A stretch of 63,983 nucleotides of DNA, filler included, from Rhizaria sp. SCN 62-66 (lineage: Eukaryota), in NCBI GenBank assembly GCA_001724265.1. It is 4 parts of 4 records of this genome, joined end to end, with 100 filler letters (N's around TTAATTAATTAA, not from the genome) between each part and the next. Parts side by side here need not be neighbours in the genome. Positions count along the whole stretch, not along the records: positions 39,290 to 58,628 come from MEDY01000466.1; 3 more parts are not named here. The stretch is one strand, 5' to 3'. The notes beneath the pieces are model-generated. The model did no database searches and was not told the DNA's origin. It saw only the letters and a program-made list of their open reading frames with translations. The position numbers and the translations under genes were made by a program. Position 1 is the stretch's first letter, and the number at the start of each line of letters is the position of its first letter. Positions 48,125 to 58,728 of the stretch are shown one piece after another.

Positions 48125-51100
48125 ATGAGCGCTCCTCTCTCCGGCGCTTCTAAACCCGCTGCCGCGAGCGCGAATGCGGGCTCGAACGCCAACGACGACT
48201 TCATGACGATGTCGCTTAACACACGCAAGCATCGCAGCGTCGCCGGCCTCTTCGACAATGCCGCCGACAATGCCGCCGACGCCGACGGCGCGGACGCGAA
48301 CGCGAACGCGCATAACGACAGTGACCATGAAGGCTTCGGCCTCAGCCCCGCGCCCGACCTCGCGCTCGACGAGTCCCCGTCCTCCCTCAACACCTGCTCC
48401 AGCACCGCGAGCGCGCGCAGTGCCAGCGGCGCCAGCAGCACGAGACCGGCACCGGTGCTGCTTGCGCAGGGCGGCGACACGGAGACGGGCGCACTGAGCT
48501 ACCCTAGCCTGAACCGCATCCCCACCGTGCCGTCACCGCACGCAGCCACGCTCTCGCTCTCGCCCTCGGCGGGCGCAGCGGGCGCAGCGGGCGCGGCGGG
48601 CGCGGCGGACGACGCCGACGCCGCGGCGGAGCTGCGCGAGCGCGAGCGCGAACAGCTCCTTAAGCTGCAGCAGCAACATGAGCAGGAGCAGTTACTGCAG
48701 CAGCAGCAGTTGCAGCAACAGCAACGGGCTCGCGTGGTGGAGCTGGCTTTCTCGCACGCGGGCGCGCTGTTTCCGCTGGGTGGGAGCTTCTTGCTGGGCC
48801 GCGGCGACAAGTGCGACCTCCGCATCCCGCGCGACGGCCAGGTCTCGACCGTCCACGCGCGCGTCACTGCGGGCGCTTTCACCGACGTCGGCTCCACCAA
48901 CGGCTCGCTGCTCAACGGCCAGCCCGTCGCGCAGCTCGTCGCTGTGCCGCTCGCAGAGGGCGACGTCGTCACCGTAGGCACCACCGACCTCCTCGTCGTC
49001 GCGGTCTCCGCCGAGGGCGACGGCGACACCGACAATAACGAAGGCAGCGCTGCCGGAGACGACAGCGCGGCTCTGCAGACTACCGCCGCCGCGGCTGCGG
49101 CTTCTGCGGCTGCTGCTGCTGCCTCGGCTGCTGGCGCTGGCGCCGGCGCTGCGGGCGCGGGGGCCGCGGCCGGGGGCGCCCGCGTTAGCGCCTCGCCCGG
49201 ACTTGTCTCCCGCAGCACCGGCCTGCGCCCCATCGTGCCCCGCGGCCTCACCGCCGGCGCTACCCACAACGCGAGCAGCGGCATCGCTGGAGTGTACGGC
49301 GCGGGCGGCACGGTCAACGCCTCCGCGCTCGCCGCCTCCGCTGGCGCCAGCGGCGCCGGCGACGCCGACGCAAGCAGCGACGGGAGCGCGGCGCACGGCT
49401 ATGGCGCCGGCCTCGGCCTCCGCACCGGTGGCATCGGCGGCACTGGCGGCGGCACTGGCGGGGGCGCGGCCGGGCTGGCGGCGCGGCTGGGCTACGACAA
49501 CCGGTCCGGCATCCCCGCGCAGTGGCGGCCCGCCGTCGCGCCAGGCGCCACGGGGCAGGTCTTGGGCACCGCGGCCGCCGCCGCGGCCGCCGCCGCCGCC
49601 GCGGCCGCCGCGGGGAGCTCGCCGCACGAGCGGACTGTGACGGCGCGGCCTCCGATGCCCCACGGCGGGCTGGGCCACCACAACTCGGTGTCGGCCTCGG
49701 CGCTGTCCGCCGCGCTCGCCGGCAACAACAGCAACAGCAACGGCGTCGGCCTTGGTGTCGGTGTCGGTGCGGGCGCGGGCGGCGGCGCTTCCCCCGCAGC
49801 CCCCTTCACGGGCGCCTCCGGCTCCGGCTCCGGCGCTGGCGCTGGCGCTGGCGTCGGCGTCGCGGGGGCCGCGGGCCCCGGTGGCGCGGGCAGTCCCGGC
49901 GCGCTGCCGTCGGTGGACGACATCATGTCTGCGCCCAACGTGCGCGGCGCCGTAGAACAGCTGCGCACGGACCTGCTGCTAGCGCGCCACCGCGAGGCCA
50001 TCTCGCGCAAGAACACCGTGTCCAGCGGCTGGCGCGGCAACGGCGGCGGCGCAGGCTCCGGCGGCTTCGGCTCCATCGGCGGCGGTGGCGAATACGCGCA
50101 GCTGCAGACCGAGGTCGAGGCGCTCAAGTACAACCTGCTCTACGGTGAGCTCTCGGTCGCGCACTTCCAGCCCGACGTCACCGCCGCCACCAACGCAGAG
50201 GGCAAGGACGCGAAGGATGCTGCAAACAAGGACGACTCTGCGACCGCGGCCGCAAGCAAGGAGGTGGCCGTGCTGCGCGGCGTCGCGGCCGCGCTTGCGG
50301 GCCACGGCGCCGCGCTCAACGCTGCGCTGCTCTCCCTGCTGACTGCGTCCTCGCCCGCGCCCGCCCCCGCGCAGGCCGCCGAAGCCCCGCACAGTGCCGA
50401 GGGCGCGGGCGCGGCCGACGCCGTGAGCGTGGACGCGGAGGCGCTAGCGCAGGCGGCAGCGCGCGCGGCGGCTGCGGCCACGTGCGCGACGGCGGCGCGC
50501 ATCGACTGGCCCCGCGTCTGGGCCGTCCCTACCGCGTCCTCGTCATCCTCGTCGACATCCTCTGAGAGCAAAGAGAGCATCGGCTCCGTGGCCGCGACCG
50601 TGGTCGTGACGGCCGAGGCCGGCGAGGGCGCGGGCGAGGCAGCGGCGGAGCAGCTACTGCTTGCCTACGCGCGCTCCGTCACCGCGGGCCAGCTACCCGC
50701 CGCGCTGCCCGTGGCCTGGGCCGCCCCCGCGAGCGCCAGCACCGCCAGCAGCACCGCCGTGTCAGCGTCATCATCATCGTCGTCGTTGTCGATCAGCGAG
50801 GAGGATGAGAGCGAGACCAGCGCCGACGCCAACGCAGATAGCGACAATGTCGACGACAGCGCCGGCGCCAGCGGCAGCACGAGCGCGTCCCGGGCCCGCC
50901 GGCTGCGGCGCGCGCTGGCGCTGCTGGCGCGCGCGCGCAGCGCCGTGGCGGCCGCAGTGACCGCGCCGCCGCACGCGCTGGCCGCCGCGGTCGCCTCGGG
51001 CGGCTTCGCGGCGCACGTGCGCGCGCTGCGGGCCGCGCTCGACGCCGCCGCGGCCGCCGCCGAGGACGCCGTCACCGCTGCCGAGCGCCCCACCGGCAAG

Positions 51101-52105
51101 AGCGCCGGCGGCGAGGGCGCCGGCGGCGAGAGCGAGAGTGATCGCAAGAGCGCCAAGGACGGCGACGACAGCACAGCTCTCAAGGCGGCGCAGGCTGAGG
51201 CTGCGGCCGAGGCTGAGGCTGCGCGGTCCGAGGCCGCGGTCGCCCGCAGCGAGGCTGCCGCGGCCAAGGCTGAGGCTGCGGCGGCTGTGGCGGCCAAGGC
51301 TGAGGCCGAGGCCGCGCGGGCCAAGGCGCAGGCGGCGCAGGCGGAGGCCGAGGCTGCCCAGTCTGACGCCGAGAAGGCCAAGGCTGGCGCGCAGAAGGCG
51401 CAGACTGAGGCGGAGAAGGCTAAGACTGAAGCCGAGAAGGCGAAGGCTGATGCTGACAAGGCCAAGACCGAGGCTGAGACCGCTGCGGCGGCGCTGCGGA
51501 CGCAGCTGAGCAGCGAGAGCAAGCTCCGTGAGCAAGCCGAGGCCCGCGCTGCCGCCGCCGAGGCCGATGCCAAGGCGCAGAAGACCAATGCAGACAAGGC
51601 TGCCGCCACCGCTGCCGCCGCCGCCGCCAGTGCGAGCACCAAGGCTGCCGCGAGTGACGACGGCAGCAGCAGCAAGGACGCCGAGCTCGCCGCGGCTCGC
51701 GCGGAAGCCGCGGCGGCGCGCGCCGAGGTGGCGGCCGCGCTCAAGGCTCAGGCCGCGGCCGACACGGCTGCCGCTGCGGCCGCGGCGGCGACGGCGGCGG
51801 CGCAGCGGGAGGTCGCCGAGGCCCAGGCCGCGGCCGAAGCGGCGCGCGCCGAGGCCAAGGCCGCCAACGGCAAGGCTGCAGCGGCCGCGGAGGCCGAGGC
51901 GGCGGCCAACAGGCGCGCTGCCGAGGCCACTGCTGCCGCTGCCGCCGCCGCCGCCGCCGGCGCCACTGCGAAGCCTGTGGCTGATGACAAGGCTGCCGAC
52001 AAGAGCGGGATCGGTGCGTTGTCGCCGTTCGTGTGGATTGCGGCGCCGGTCATCGCGCTGGTTACAGGCGCGATCGGTTTCCTTACCGGCAGGAGCTGGC
52101 GGTGA
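48125..52105 (+). CDS. FHA-domain, coiled-coil, tail-anchored membrane protein (SLMAP/Far9-like architecture), 1326 aa
   Basis: FHA motifs LLGRG, VSTVHARV, DVGSTNGSLLNG, LAEGDVVTVG. Long AEKAK-type heptad coiled coil. C-terminal TM helix (FVWIAAPVIALVTGAIGFLTG) followed by RSWR. Single exon; stop is TGA. Confidence 0.8.
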   Translation: MSAPLSGASKPAAASANAGSNANDDFMTMSLNTRKHRSVAGLFDNAADNAADADGADANANAHNDSDHEGFGLSPAPDLALDESPSSLNTCSSTASARSASGASSTRPAPVLLAQGGDTETGALSYPSLNRIPTVPSPHAATLSLSPSAGAAGAAGAAGAADDADAAAELREREREQLLKLQQQHEQEQLLQQQQLQQQQRARVVELAFSHAGALFPLGGSFLLGRGDKCDLRIPRDGQVSTVHARVTAGAFTDVGSTNGSLLNGQPVAQLVAVPLAEGDVVTVGTTDLLVVAVSAEGDGDTDNNEGSAAGDDSAALQTTAAAAAASAAAAAASAAGAGAGAAGAGAAAGGARVSASPGLVSRSTGLRPIVPRGLTAGATHNASSGIAGVYGAGGTVNASALAASAGASGAGDADASSDGSAAHGYGAGLGLRTGGIGGTGGGTGGGAAGLAARLGYDNRSGIPAQWRPAVAPGATGQVLGTAAAAAAAAAAAAAAGSSPHERTVTARPPMPHGGLGHHNSVSASALSAALAGNNSNSNGVGLGVGVGAGAGGGASPAAPFTGASGSGSGAGAGAGVGVAGAAGPGGAGSPGALPSVDDIMSAPNVRGAVEQLRTDLLLARHREAISRKNTVSSGWRGNGGGAGSGGFGSIGGGGEYAQLQTEVEALKYNLLYGELSVAHFQPDVTAATNAEGKDAKDAANKDDSATAAASKEVAVLRGVAAALAGHGAALNAALLSLLTASSPAPAPAQAAEAPHSAEGAGAADAVSVDAEALAQAAARAAAAATCATAARIDWPRVWAVPTASSSSSSTSSESKESIGSVAATVVVTAEAGEGAGEAAAEQLLLAYARSVTAGQLPAALPVAWAAPASASTASSTAVSASSSSSSLSISEEDESETSADANADSDNVDDSAGASGSTSASRARRLRRALALLARARSAVAAAVTAPPHALAAAVASGGFAAHVRALRAALDAAAAAAEDAVTAAERPTGKSAGGEGAGGESESDRKSAKDGDDSTALKAAQAEAAAEAEAARSEAAVARSEAAAAKAEAAAAVAAKAEAEAARAKAQAAQAEAEAAQSDAEKAKAGAQKAQTEAEKAKTEAEKAKADADKAKTEAETAAAALRTQLSSESKLREQAEARAAAAEADAKAQKTNADKAAATAAAAAASASTKAAASDDGSSSKDAELAAARAEAAAARAEVAAALKAQAAADTAAAAAAAATAAAQREVAEAQAAAEAARAEAKAANGKAAAAAEAEAAANRRAAEATAAAAAAAAAGATAKPVADDKAADKSGIGALSPFVWIAAPVIALVTGAIGFLTGRSWR

Positions 52106-52451
52106 AGCGACCGAGTGGCTGATTACTCGGCTTTGGTTTGCTCACTGTTTCATGATTTACTATTTTATATATTTTCACCTGTATATTGATGCATCACGAC
52201 GAGGGCCATGTAGAGCACGTTTACTAATACATGATTGTTTCTCTTGATTATACCATTGTGACAATGGAATCAGATGTGTGGCACACATGCGATGCTTTCG
52301 TTCTTACCACCGTTGTCGCTGGACATTTGTGGCGGCAGGCTGGGGCTACATGAGGAAGGGTCAAAATCTCGTTTGATTTTTGAAATTGCAACACTCACTA
52401 AACTCCGTCACAGCGCCTGTCCTTTGTTTGGAGAATTAAATAAGAGTGAAT

Positions 52452-55400
52452 ATGTCTGATTCCGCTTTTGATCAGACGATCTCGACCGAGATCAACGAAC
52501 ATCTCGCGGTACAAGATCTCGTCGCGGACCTAAAGGAATGCGCCACCGAGCTCGCCGCGCTCCACGCCTCCGGTGCCGCGCCCGACCAGTCTGCAGTGTC
52601 TGCACTCAAGGCGCAGCAACTATCTCAGCTTATGCAGCTGCGTTCACACATGATGCTGCTGACCGCGCGCGGCGAGGCCAGCGACGGCGTCAAGGAGCAG
52701 CTGTCAGCGAAGCGCCAGGCTGTCGAAGCGCACCAGCTCAAGCTGCAGAGCCTACTGTACGAGAAGACTCACTTTCTCAAGGAGGCCGAGAAGCAGCGCG
52801 GGCTCAGCGACATCTCCGCCCTGCGTGAGGCCGTCGACGTCGAGCCTGTGACCGACCCCGCGCAAGTCGCGGCCCTCCGCGCGCAGGCCGCCGCCGCTGC
52901 CGCAGCCGCAGCCGCAGCCGCCACTAGCTCCAGCTCCTCCGTGGGCGCACAGCATGGGCCTCAGCGCGCTGCTGCGGCCCCCGTGGTTATGGACGACTCA
53001 ACATCTACTGCAGCTGCAGAGCCGGTTGCTGGTGAGGTTGATGGCGAGGCAGAGATGGACGCAGAGGAGGCGAAGCAGCACCACTTCGACTTGCTCCAGC
53101 TCCAGCACGAGCTCAAGGCCCGCAAACAGTACGTATACGATCACATGGTCACCTATCAAAGCAAGACTCAGAGATTCTGTCGCAATTACCTTTTATTTTT
53201 GTTTATTGTGTCTCTATCCCTTCCGACTCTTATCACACGACATATCTTGCTTATGTCCACTTGCACAGACTTATCTCGGAGGGCAAGCGCCTCGTGTCTC
53301 GCCGCGCCACCGCGCGCCGCCATCTCGAGGGTGCCCAGGACTCCCTCGCGGGGCTCATCAAACGCGCCACGACTTTTGTCCAGGCCGTGTCCACCCTGCT
53401 GCCCGCCCTCACTGGCCCCGCCGGTGGCCGCACCGTCGCGTCCTCCGCTGCCGCCACTACTGGCGCTGGTTCGGTGGACTCCGCCGCGGACGCTGATGTC
53501 GTGTTGGCGGCCGCGGGGGGGGCGCGCGCGCCGCCACAGCCGTTGGCCGCCGCCGCGGCGCTGCTGCCCGCGCCGCTGTACACGCTCTACGCAGGGCTGC
53601 TGTCGGCGCAGCGTGCGGCCGCGGGGACGCGCCGGGCCGTGCTGCGCGCCGCGCGCTGCTTCGTCGTCCCCACGGCCGCCGTCGCGCCCGCGCTTGCGCC
53701 CGCGGAGGTCGCCGCCGAGGCCGCGGCCGCCGAGGCCGTCGCCGCCGCGGCCGCCGCGGACAGGGCGCGCCGCGACGCCGCCGCCGCCCGTAGCGCCGCG
53801 AGCGCTGCGGGCGAGAGCGGCGGACTGCACGACGAGGACGTCTACACGCCGCCACCCGCGCCGCTGGCCCCGCCCGCGCCCGCGGCGGTGTCGCTGGTGG
53901 TGACCGTGAGCGCGGCCGCCGAGCCTGACACGCCGCTCGTGCCCCGCAACGGCCCCTTCGGCAGCAGCAGCAGTCTCCACAGCGGCGGCGCTGCTACCAG
54001 CGGCGCCGTGATGGACGACGACGGTGATGAGCTCGAGGACGCGGGCGCCGAGGACGAGAGCGGGGTTGCCGGCGGCGTGATTGCGGGCACGCTCGCGCTG
54101 CACTTCGCCTATTGCGCGGCGACCGACAGCGTCCACGCACGCCTGCTGCTGCCCCCAGCGAGCGCCGCCGCGAGCGCGTCATCGAATGCGTCTGTGAATA
54201 GTCCGTCTGATCTCTCTCTCGACGCAGATGCGCCTGACGCGCCCGCGGCGAGCTGCCTGTGGGCCCACGCTTCCTCGGGCCCCGGCGGCGCCGCCACCCT
54301 CATGTCCGCGCTCGCCGCGGCCGCCGCGGAGCTGCCCGCCGCCGCGGCGCCGTGGCTCGCTGCGCTGCCCGCGCCCTGGGCCTTCCCCGCTGCGCCGCCC
54401 GCCGCCGCCGCAGCCGTTGCGGCTGGGGCCAGCGCCGCGGCGGTGCCGGTGGCGGCGCCGGCGCCGCTGCTGCAGTGCCGCGCTTCGGCCGCCGCGGACG
54501 CGCGCGTGCTCGCCTGCTTATACCACAACGACACGGGCCTCACGCGGCCCGACGGGGCGCCCCTCGTCGCTCACACTAGCGTCGCCACACAGCCTGCGAG
54601 CGCTGCGGCGGCTGCGCTAGCTGCGGCGGCGACGGAGGAGGGCTGCGACGTGCGCTGGCGCGTGTGCGGCCGGCCGTACCGCTGGCTGCAGTCGCTGTGC
54701 GGCGCCCCCGCGCTGCTCGCGCCGGCGCCCTTCGCCGACTCCGCCGCGCACGCAGCCTCCGCGGCCTCCGCGAGCGCGGGCGGCGCTGGGCTGAGCGGGT
54801 TGCGCGCGCGGTTCGCGGCGTGCGTGCGCGCGTGCCAGGGCCTGAACCTCGCCACCGCGCCCGCGGCCGACACTGCGGGGCTGCTGCAGCTGCCGCCGGC
54901 GCCGCCGCGTCGCATCAGCAAGAGCACAGGCAACAAGAGCGACAAGACCCTGGCGCTGCCGTCCCTGCTGCGGCTGCCGGGCCCCGCGCCCCCGGCGGCC
55001 CCGCTCGCCCTTTCGGCCGACCTGTTCCTGCCCCTCGCCGAGTCCGCCGCCGAGAGCGGCCCCGACGCTAGCGCCGGCGCGGGCGCGGGCGCGACGTCGG
55101 ACGCGGTGGCGGCACTGAGCGCGGCCCGGGTGAGTGCGGCCGACGCGCTGCACCGCGCGGCGGCGCGCGCGCTGTGCCGCGACCGGCTCTGCGCGGGGCT
55201 GCGCGCGCGCACCAGCGCCAGCGCCAGCACCACGGGCGACGTCGTCTACACTGCGCGCGGCAGCAGCCACAGCCATATCCACAGCAACAGCGGCAGCAGT
55301 GCGGCCGCTGCTGCTGACGACGCAGCGACGGTTCGCGTGGTCGCGTCTTCGTTGGCACCGCTCTCCGCGTCCGCGCTCGCAGCGCTGTCTTCCGCAGCCA

Positions 55401-56461
55401 GCGCGAGCTCGAGCTCCACCAGCGGCAGCGGCGCCGCGTCGTCGTCGCTGCTGGCGCTGGCGCCCGTGGCGGCGCTGCTGCGCGGCGCCGCGCCCGCGCG
55501 CGCTTTGGGGCTGTTGTTCGCGGCCGCGCTGGCCACGCGCGCCGGCGGCGGCTCGCTTTCGCTCTCGCTCCTCGCCGCGCACTGCTCGACGGCTCTCCTG
55601 CCGCCCGGCGCCACTGCAGCCGCAGCGCCAGGCGCTATGAGTGCCGCGGCGGGCTGGGTGCCGGGGCTGCCGGTGCCCGCGCCGCTGCTGGCGCAACTGC
55701 TCGCGCGGGCGGGCGCCCCGTCGACCGCCGCGCTCTCGGCGGCGGCGGCGCTGGGCGCGGCGGACTGCGCACACGGCCACTGCGCTGGCTCCGGCGCGGA
55801 TTACATGCTCAGCGCGGTCACGCCCGCCGGCGCCGCAGGCCCTGTGTGGGCGGCGCTGACCGAAGTGCCCGCCGGCTGTCCGCTGCGCCCGCCGCGGACG
55901 CTGCTCGTGCCCGTCAGCGCCGCCGCCGCCGCCTCCGCCGCCGCCGCCGCGGTGCCCGCCGCGGCGCTGGAGAAGGCGGCCAACTTTGCGGTCCTTGGCG
56001 CGGGCCCTGCGGCCGCGGCCGTCGCGGCCGAGGCGGGCGGCGCGCTGGCCACACTGCTGCGGCTGCACTTGCCCGCGCTTGCCGCTGCGGCGGCCGCGAC
56101 CACGGCCGCGGGCGCCGCGCGTGTCGGCACGACTGTCATCGCCGCCGTCGCAGCAGCGAATCCATACAGCGCACGCAGCACTGATAAGACTGGTGTTGCT
56201 GGCGACGATATCGACGATGACAACGTCGACGGAGAGGACGAAACTGAGGAGCCGGCTGCGGATGCGCTGACGGCCGTGGGGACTGAGCCAGCGCCGGCGC
56301 TGCTGTCGCTGGGCGGCTACGGCGGCCGCGTCACTGTCGCCGCCGTGGCGGAGCGCGGGGGCGAGGTCGCGGGCGGGCTGGGCGGCGGCGCGGGCGCGTG
56401 GCCGCAGCGGCGCGAGTGGGAGGCGCCCGTGCTCGACACCGTCGCCAGGCAGTGGTGCTGA
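52452..56461 (+). CDS. THOC5: THO complex subunit 5 (THOC5/FMIP) homolog with Ala-rich expansions, 1289 aa; join(52452..53128,53269..56461)
   Basis: KRQAVEAHQLKLQSLLYEKTHFLKE, HHFDLLQLQHELKARKQL, LLPAPLYTLY, CLYHNDTG and GRPYRWLQSLCG match conserved THOC5 blocks. Phase-2 GTACGT...CAG intron at 53129-53268. Stop is TGA. Confidence 0.85.
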
Positions 56462-57689
56462 GAGCGATTACGAACACGTGAGCTCTTCTCAAGTTCGTGT
56501 TTGTCTACTGAAATGCAATGTGCGCATAGTATCACTCCAGATTTTCTGAACGTTTTATTTTCGTTAAAGCAATACACATTTTTAGAAAGTGATGTACAAC
56601 CTTCTCTTTGGTTGTTTGGATATTACGTATCAAGCATGAACAAAACAAGTACGTAGGTTCAGATCAGAGTCAAAAACTGAAGATGAAAAACATAATATCA
56701 ACACGCAGTTCAGAGAAATACCATTTGGTAGCGAAGTTTCGTTGTATTTAAGATAGGTGCGGCTGCGACATATGTCTGCTCTTAGAATTGATGGTGCGCA
56801 GAGTACAGGCAATCAAAGCAACACGAAGGTAACACAATGAACTGGCGTCGTGATAAAAACACGATTAGAAAAAATATTCATATGCGGGATTTGCCACGAG
56901 TCAAAAGGAGATTCAAATCATTGCAAACATAAAAGAGGCGATTAAGACAAAGAGATGTCACTCCATGAGATGCGGAGATTCATCGATTTTAAGAGTGACT
57001 CACTGGTCACGCGATGTTTCAACGGTGAGGTAATGACCACACGTGAACTGACAATGCATGCACGAAGCATCAAACAAGCACGCAAAATTATTGATACAGG
57101 AAACACAGGTGCACATGTTCATATTACACCGAAATCGGTACTTGAGACAAGTACACTGTCGTGCAAGTTGTACTCATGCCACCGATAGCTGTGTGCGTGT
57201 GCGACAATAGGGCTGTCTCAAAGTGTGAACGTAACTTCTACAATATCAAAAGGCGAAGAATACCATATAAAAAAAGGGTATACCAAGTTTGAAAAGATAA
57301 AAAAGCTGATGAACTAAAACAAGTGCACGACTGTCGTGTGTACATGTTGGAGCTAACAGTTTTACGAAGTACTTCCAAGAACGCCAAAAAAAAATATTCA
57401 TTCCTCAAACACATAGGAAGTGAAGCAGAACTCTGCAGGCAGCGCGAGCTTGTAGCAAATTAGAGAGAATATATCACACAGGTTATGCACAACATGGATA
57501 TCATTATAACCTACGAAGTACTATGAGAGAAACATAATTGTAGGAGGTTTAAGTTATGAGTTGGAACTGAACACTCTCATACTCTCAAAAAAGACCCTGA
57601 AAAACAAAGACACAGGTACATAAAAGAAAATTACGCAAAGAAAACATTATAATCATCGAGTCATGCATTCATTCACATCATTTCAATGA

Positions 57690-58628
57690 TTAAACAAAGA
57701 CGAGTAACGATGTCAGCAACATGATAACAAGTGCCGACGGAGCAAGAGCATACGCACTACTGACCTTGCCGCATGTGCCGTCAGCGGTGCATGTGCTTGA
57801 GAGACAGTCAGCACCCTCAGTGCAAGGCTGCATCAAATTGCAAGCATAGCATCCGGATGCATCGCTGCCACCGCAGTCAAGGCCAGTTTCAGCGCCGTCC
57901 GTGACGCCGTTGGAGCACGAGGCAGGAACAGCTGCAGTCGTAAGTGCTGATGTGCTCAACACAGGCTTGCCAATGCTGCTGGAAACAGCTTCATTAATCT
58001 CGTTCTCCTTGACGGTCAATAGAGCCTTGATCTCGCCTTCAGTCATCATGGGCGACAGCTCAAACGCAAGCTCAAGCTCGACGTGTGTGGGCGTGCCATT
58101 CTGCGCAGCGTCGTCAAGTGCCCTCTGCGAGATGCCGACAGGGCCTGTGTAGACGAGCTTCTGCGATGTAACCCCAATCGCGCCAAAGCCACTGCCTGGG
58201 ATGCGGCGTTGGTATTCGAGGCGGACTATGCTGATCATTGGCTGCGACAGGAGCGTGTCAGAAATAACGCGCATTGTCTGCATTACAACAGATGTGCCTT
58301 GCTTCTCACCAGTCACTGCGGGTACAGCAACAAACGGAATCTGCGCGACAGGCTTACCGTCAGCGTTGTGCACCACAATGTTCTCAAGTGAGCCTTCGAA
58401 GGGTGCGGCAGGAACAGTCAGCCCAGTGCAGCGGATGCGGAAGGGCGCGTCGGTGATGCGCTCAACAGCGGACTTAAACGTGAGCGCAACTGTCGTTGAC
58501 TCGGTAAAGCCGCCGTTGTTAGCAGGCACGGACACGGTGAGAGCGGACACCTTCTTGTTCCACTTGAGCGCCTGGCACTTGACGTCAGAGCCCGCAGTAA
58601 TGACAGCAGGCAGACGGAAGTAGACGAC
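57690..58628 (-). CDS. GPI-anchored or C-terminally anchored cell-surface protein with Cys-rich juxtamembrane module, 5'-truncated by gap
   Basis: Open frame from the gap edge. SCSNGVTDGAETGLDCGG...CYAC...PC...DCLSSTC...C module, then SSA and a hydrophobic tail (LAPSALVIMLLTSLLVFV) ending in TAA. Confidence 0.75.
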   Translation of the reverse strand, partial: VVYFRLPAVITAGSDVKCQALKWNKKVSALTVSVPANNGGFTESTTVALTFKSAVERITDAPFRIRCTGLTVPAAPFEGSLENIVVHNADGKPVAQIPFVAVPAVTGEKQGTSVVMQTMRVISDTLLSQPMISIVRLEYQRRIPGSGFGAIGVTSQKLVYTGPVGISQRALDDAAQNGTPTHVELELAFELSPMMTEGEIKALLTVKENEINEAVSSSIGKPVLSTSALTTAAVPASCSNGVTDGAETGLDCGGSDASGCYACNLMQPCTEGADCLSSTCTADGTCGKVSSAYALAPSALVIMLLTSLLVFV

Positions 58629-58728
58629 NNNNNNNNNNNNNNNNNNNNNNNNNNNNNNNNNNNNNNNNNNNNTTAATTAATTAANNNNNNNNNNNNNNNN
58701 NNNNNNNNNNNNNNNNNNNNNNNNNNNN
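58629..58728. other. Artificial assembly gap spacer (44 N + TTAATTAATTAA + 44 N)
   Basis: Same 100-nt structure as the other two spacers. Confidence 0.98.

Noticed and set aside
3396-56270. Hundreds of long overlapping antisense and alternate-frame Arg/Gly/Pro-rich ORFs in the ORF track
   Set aside because: They shadow real genes and arise from stop-codon scarcity in very GC-rich coding DNA; they show no domain motifs.
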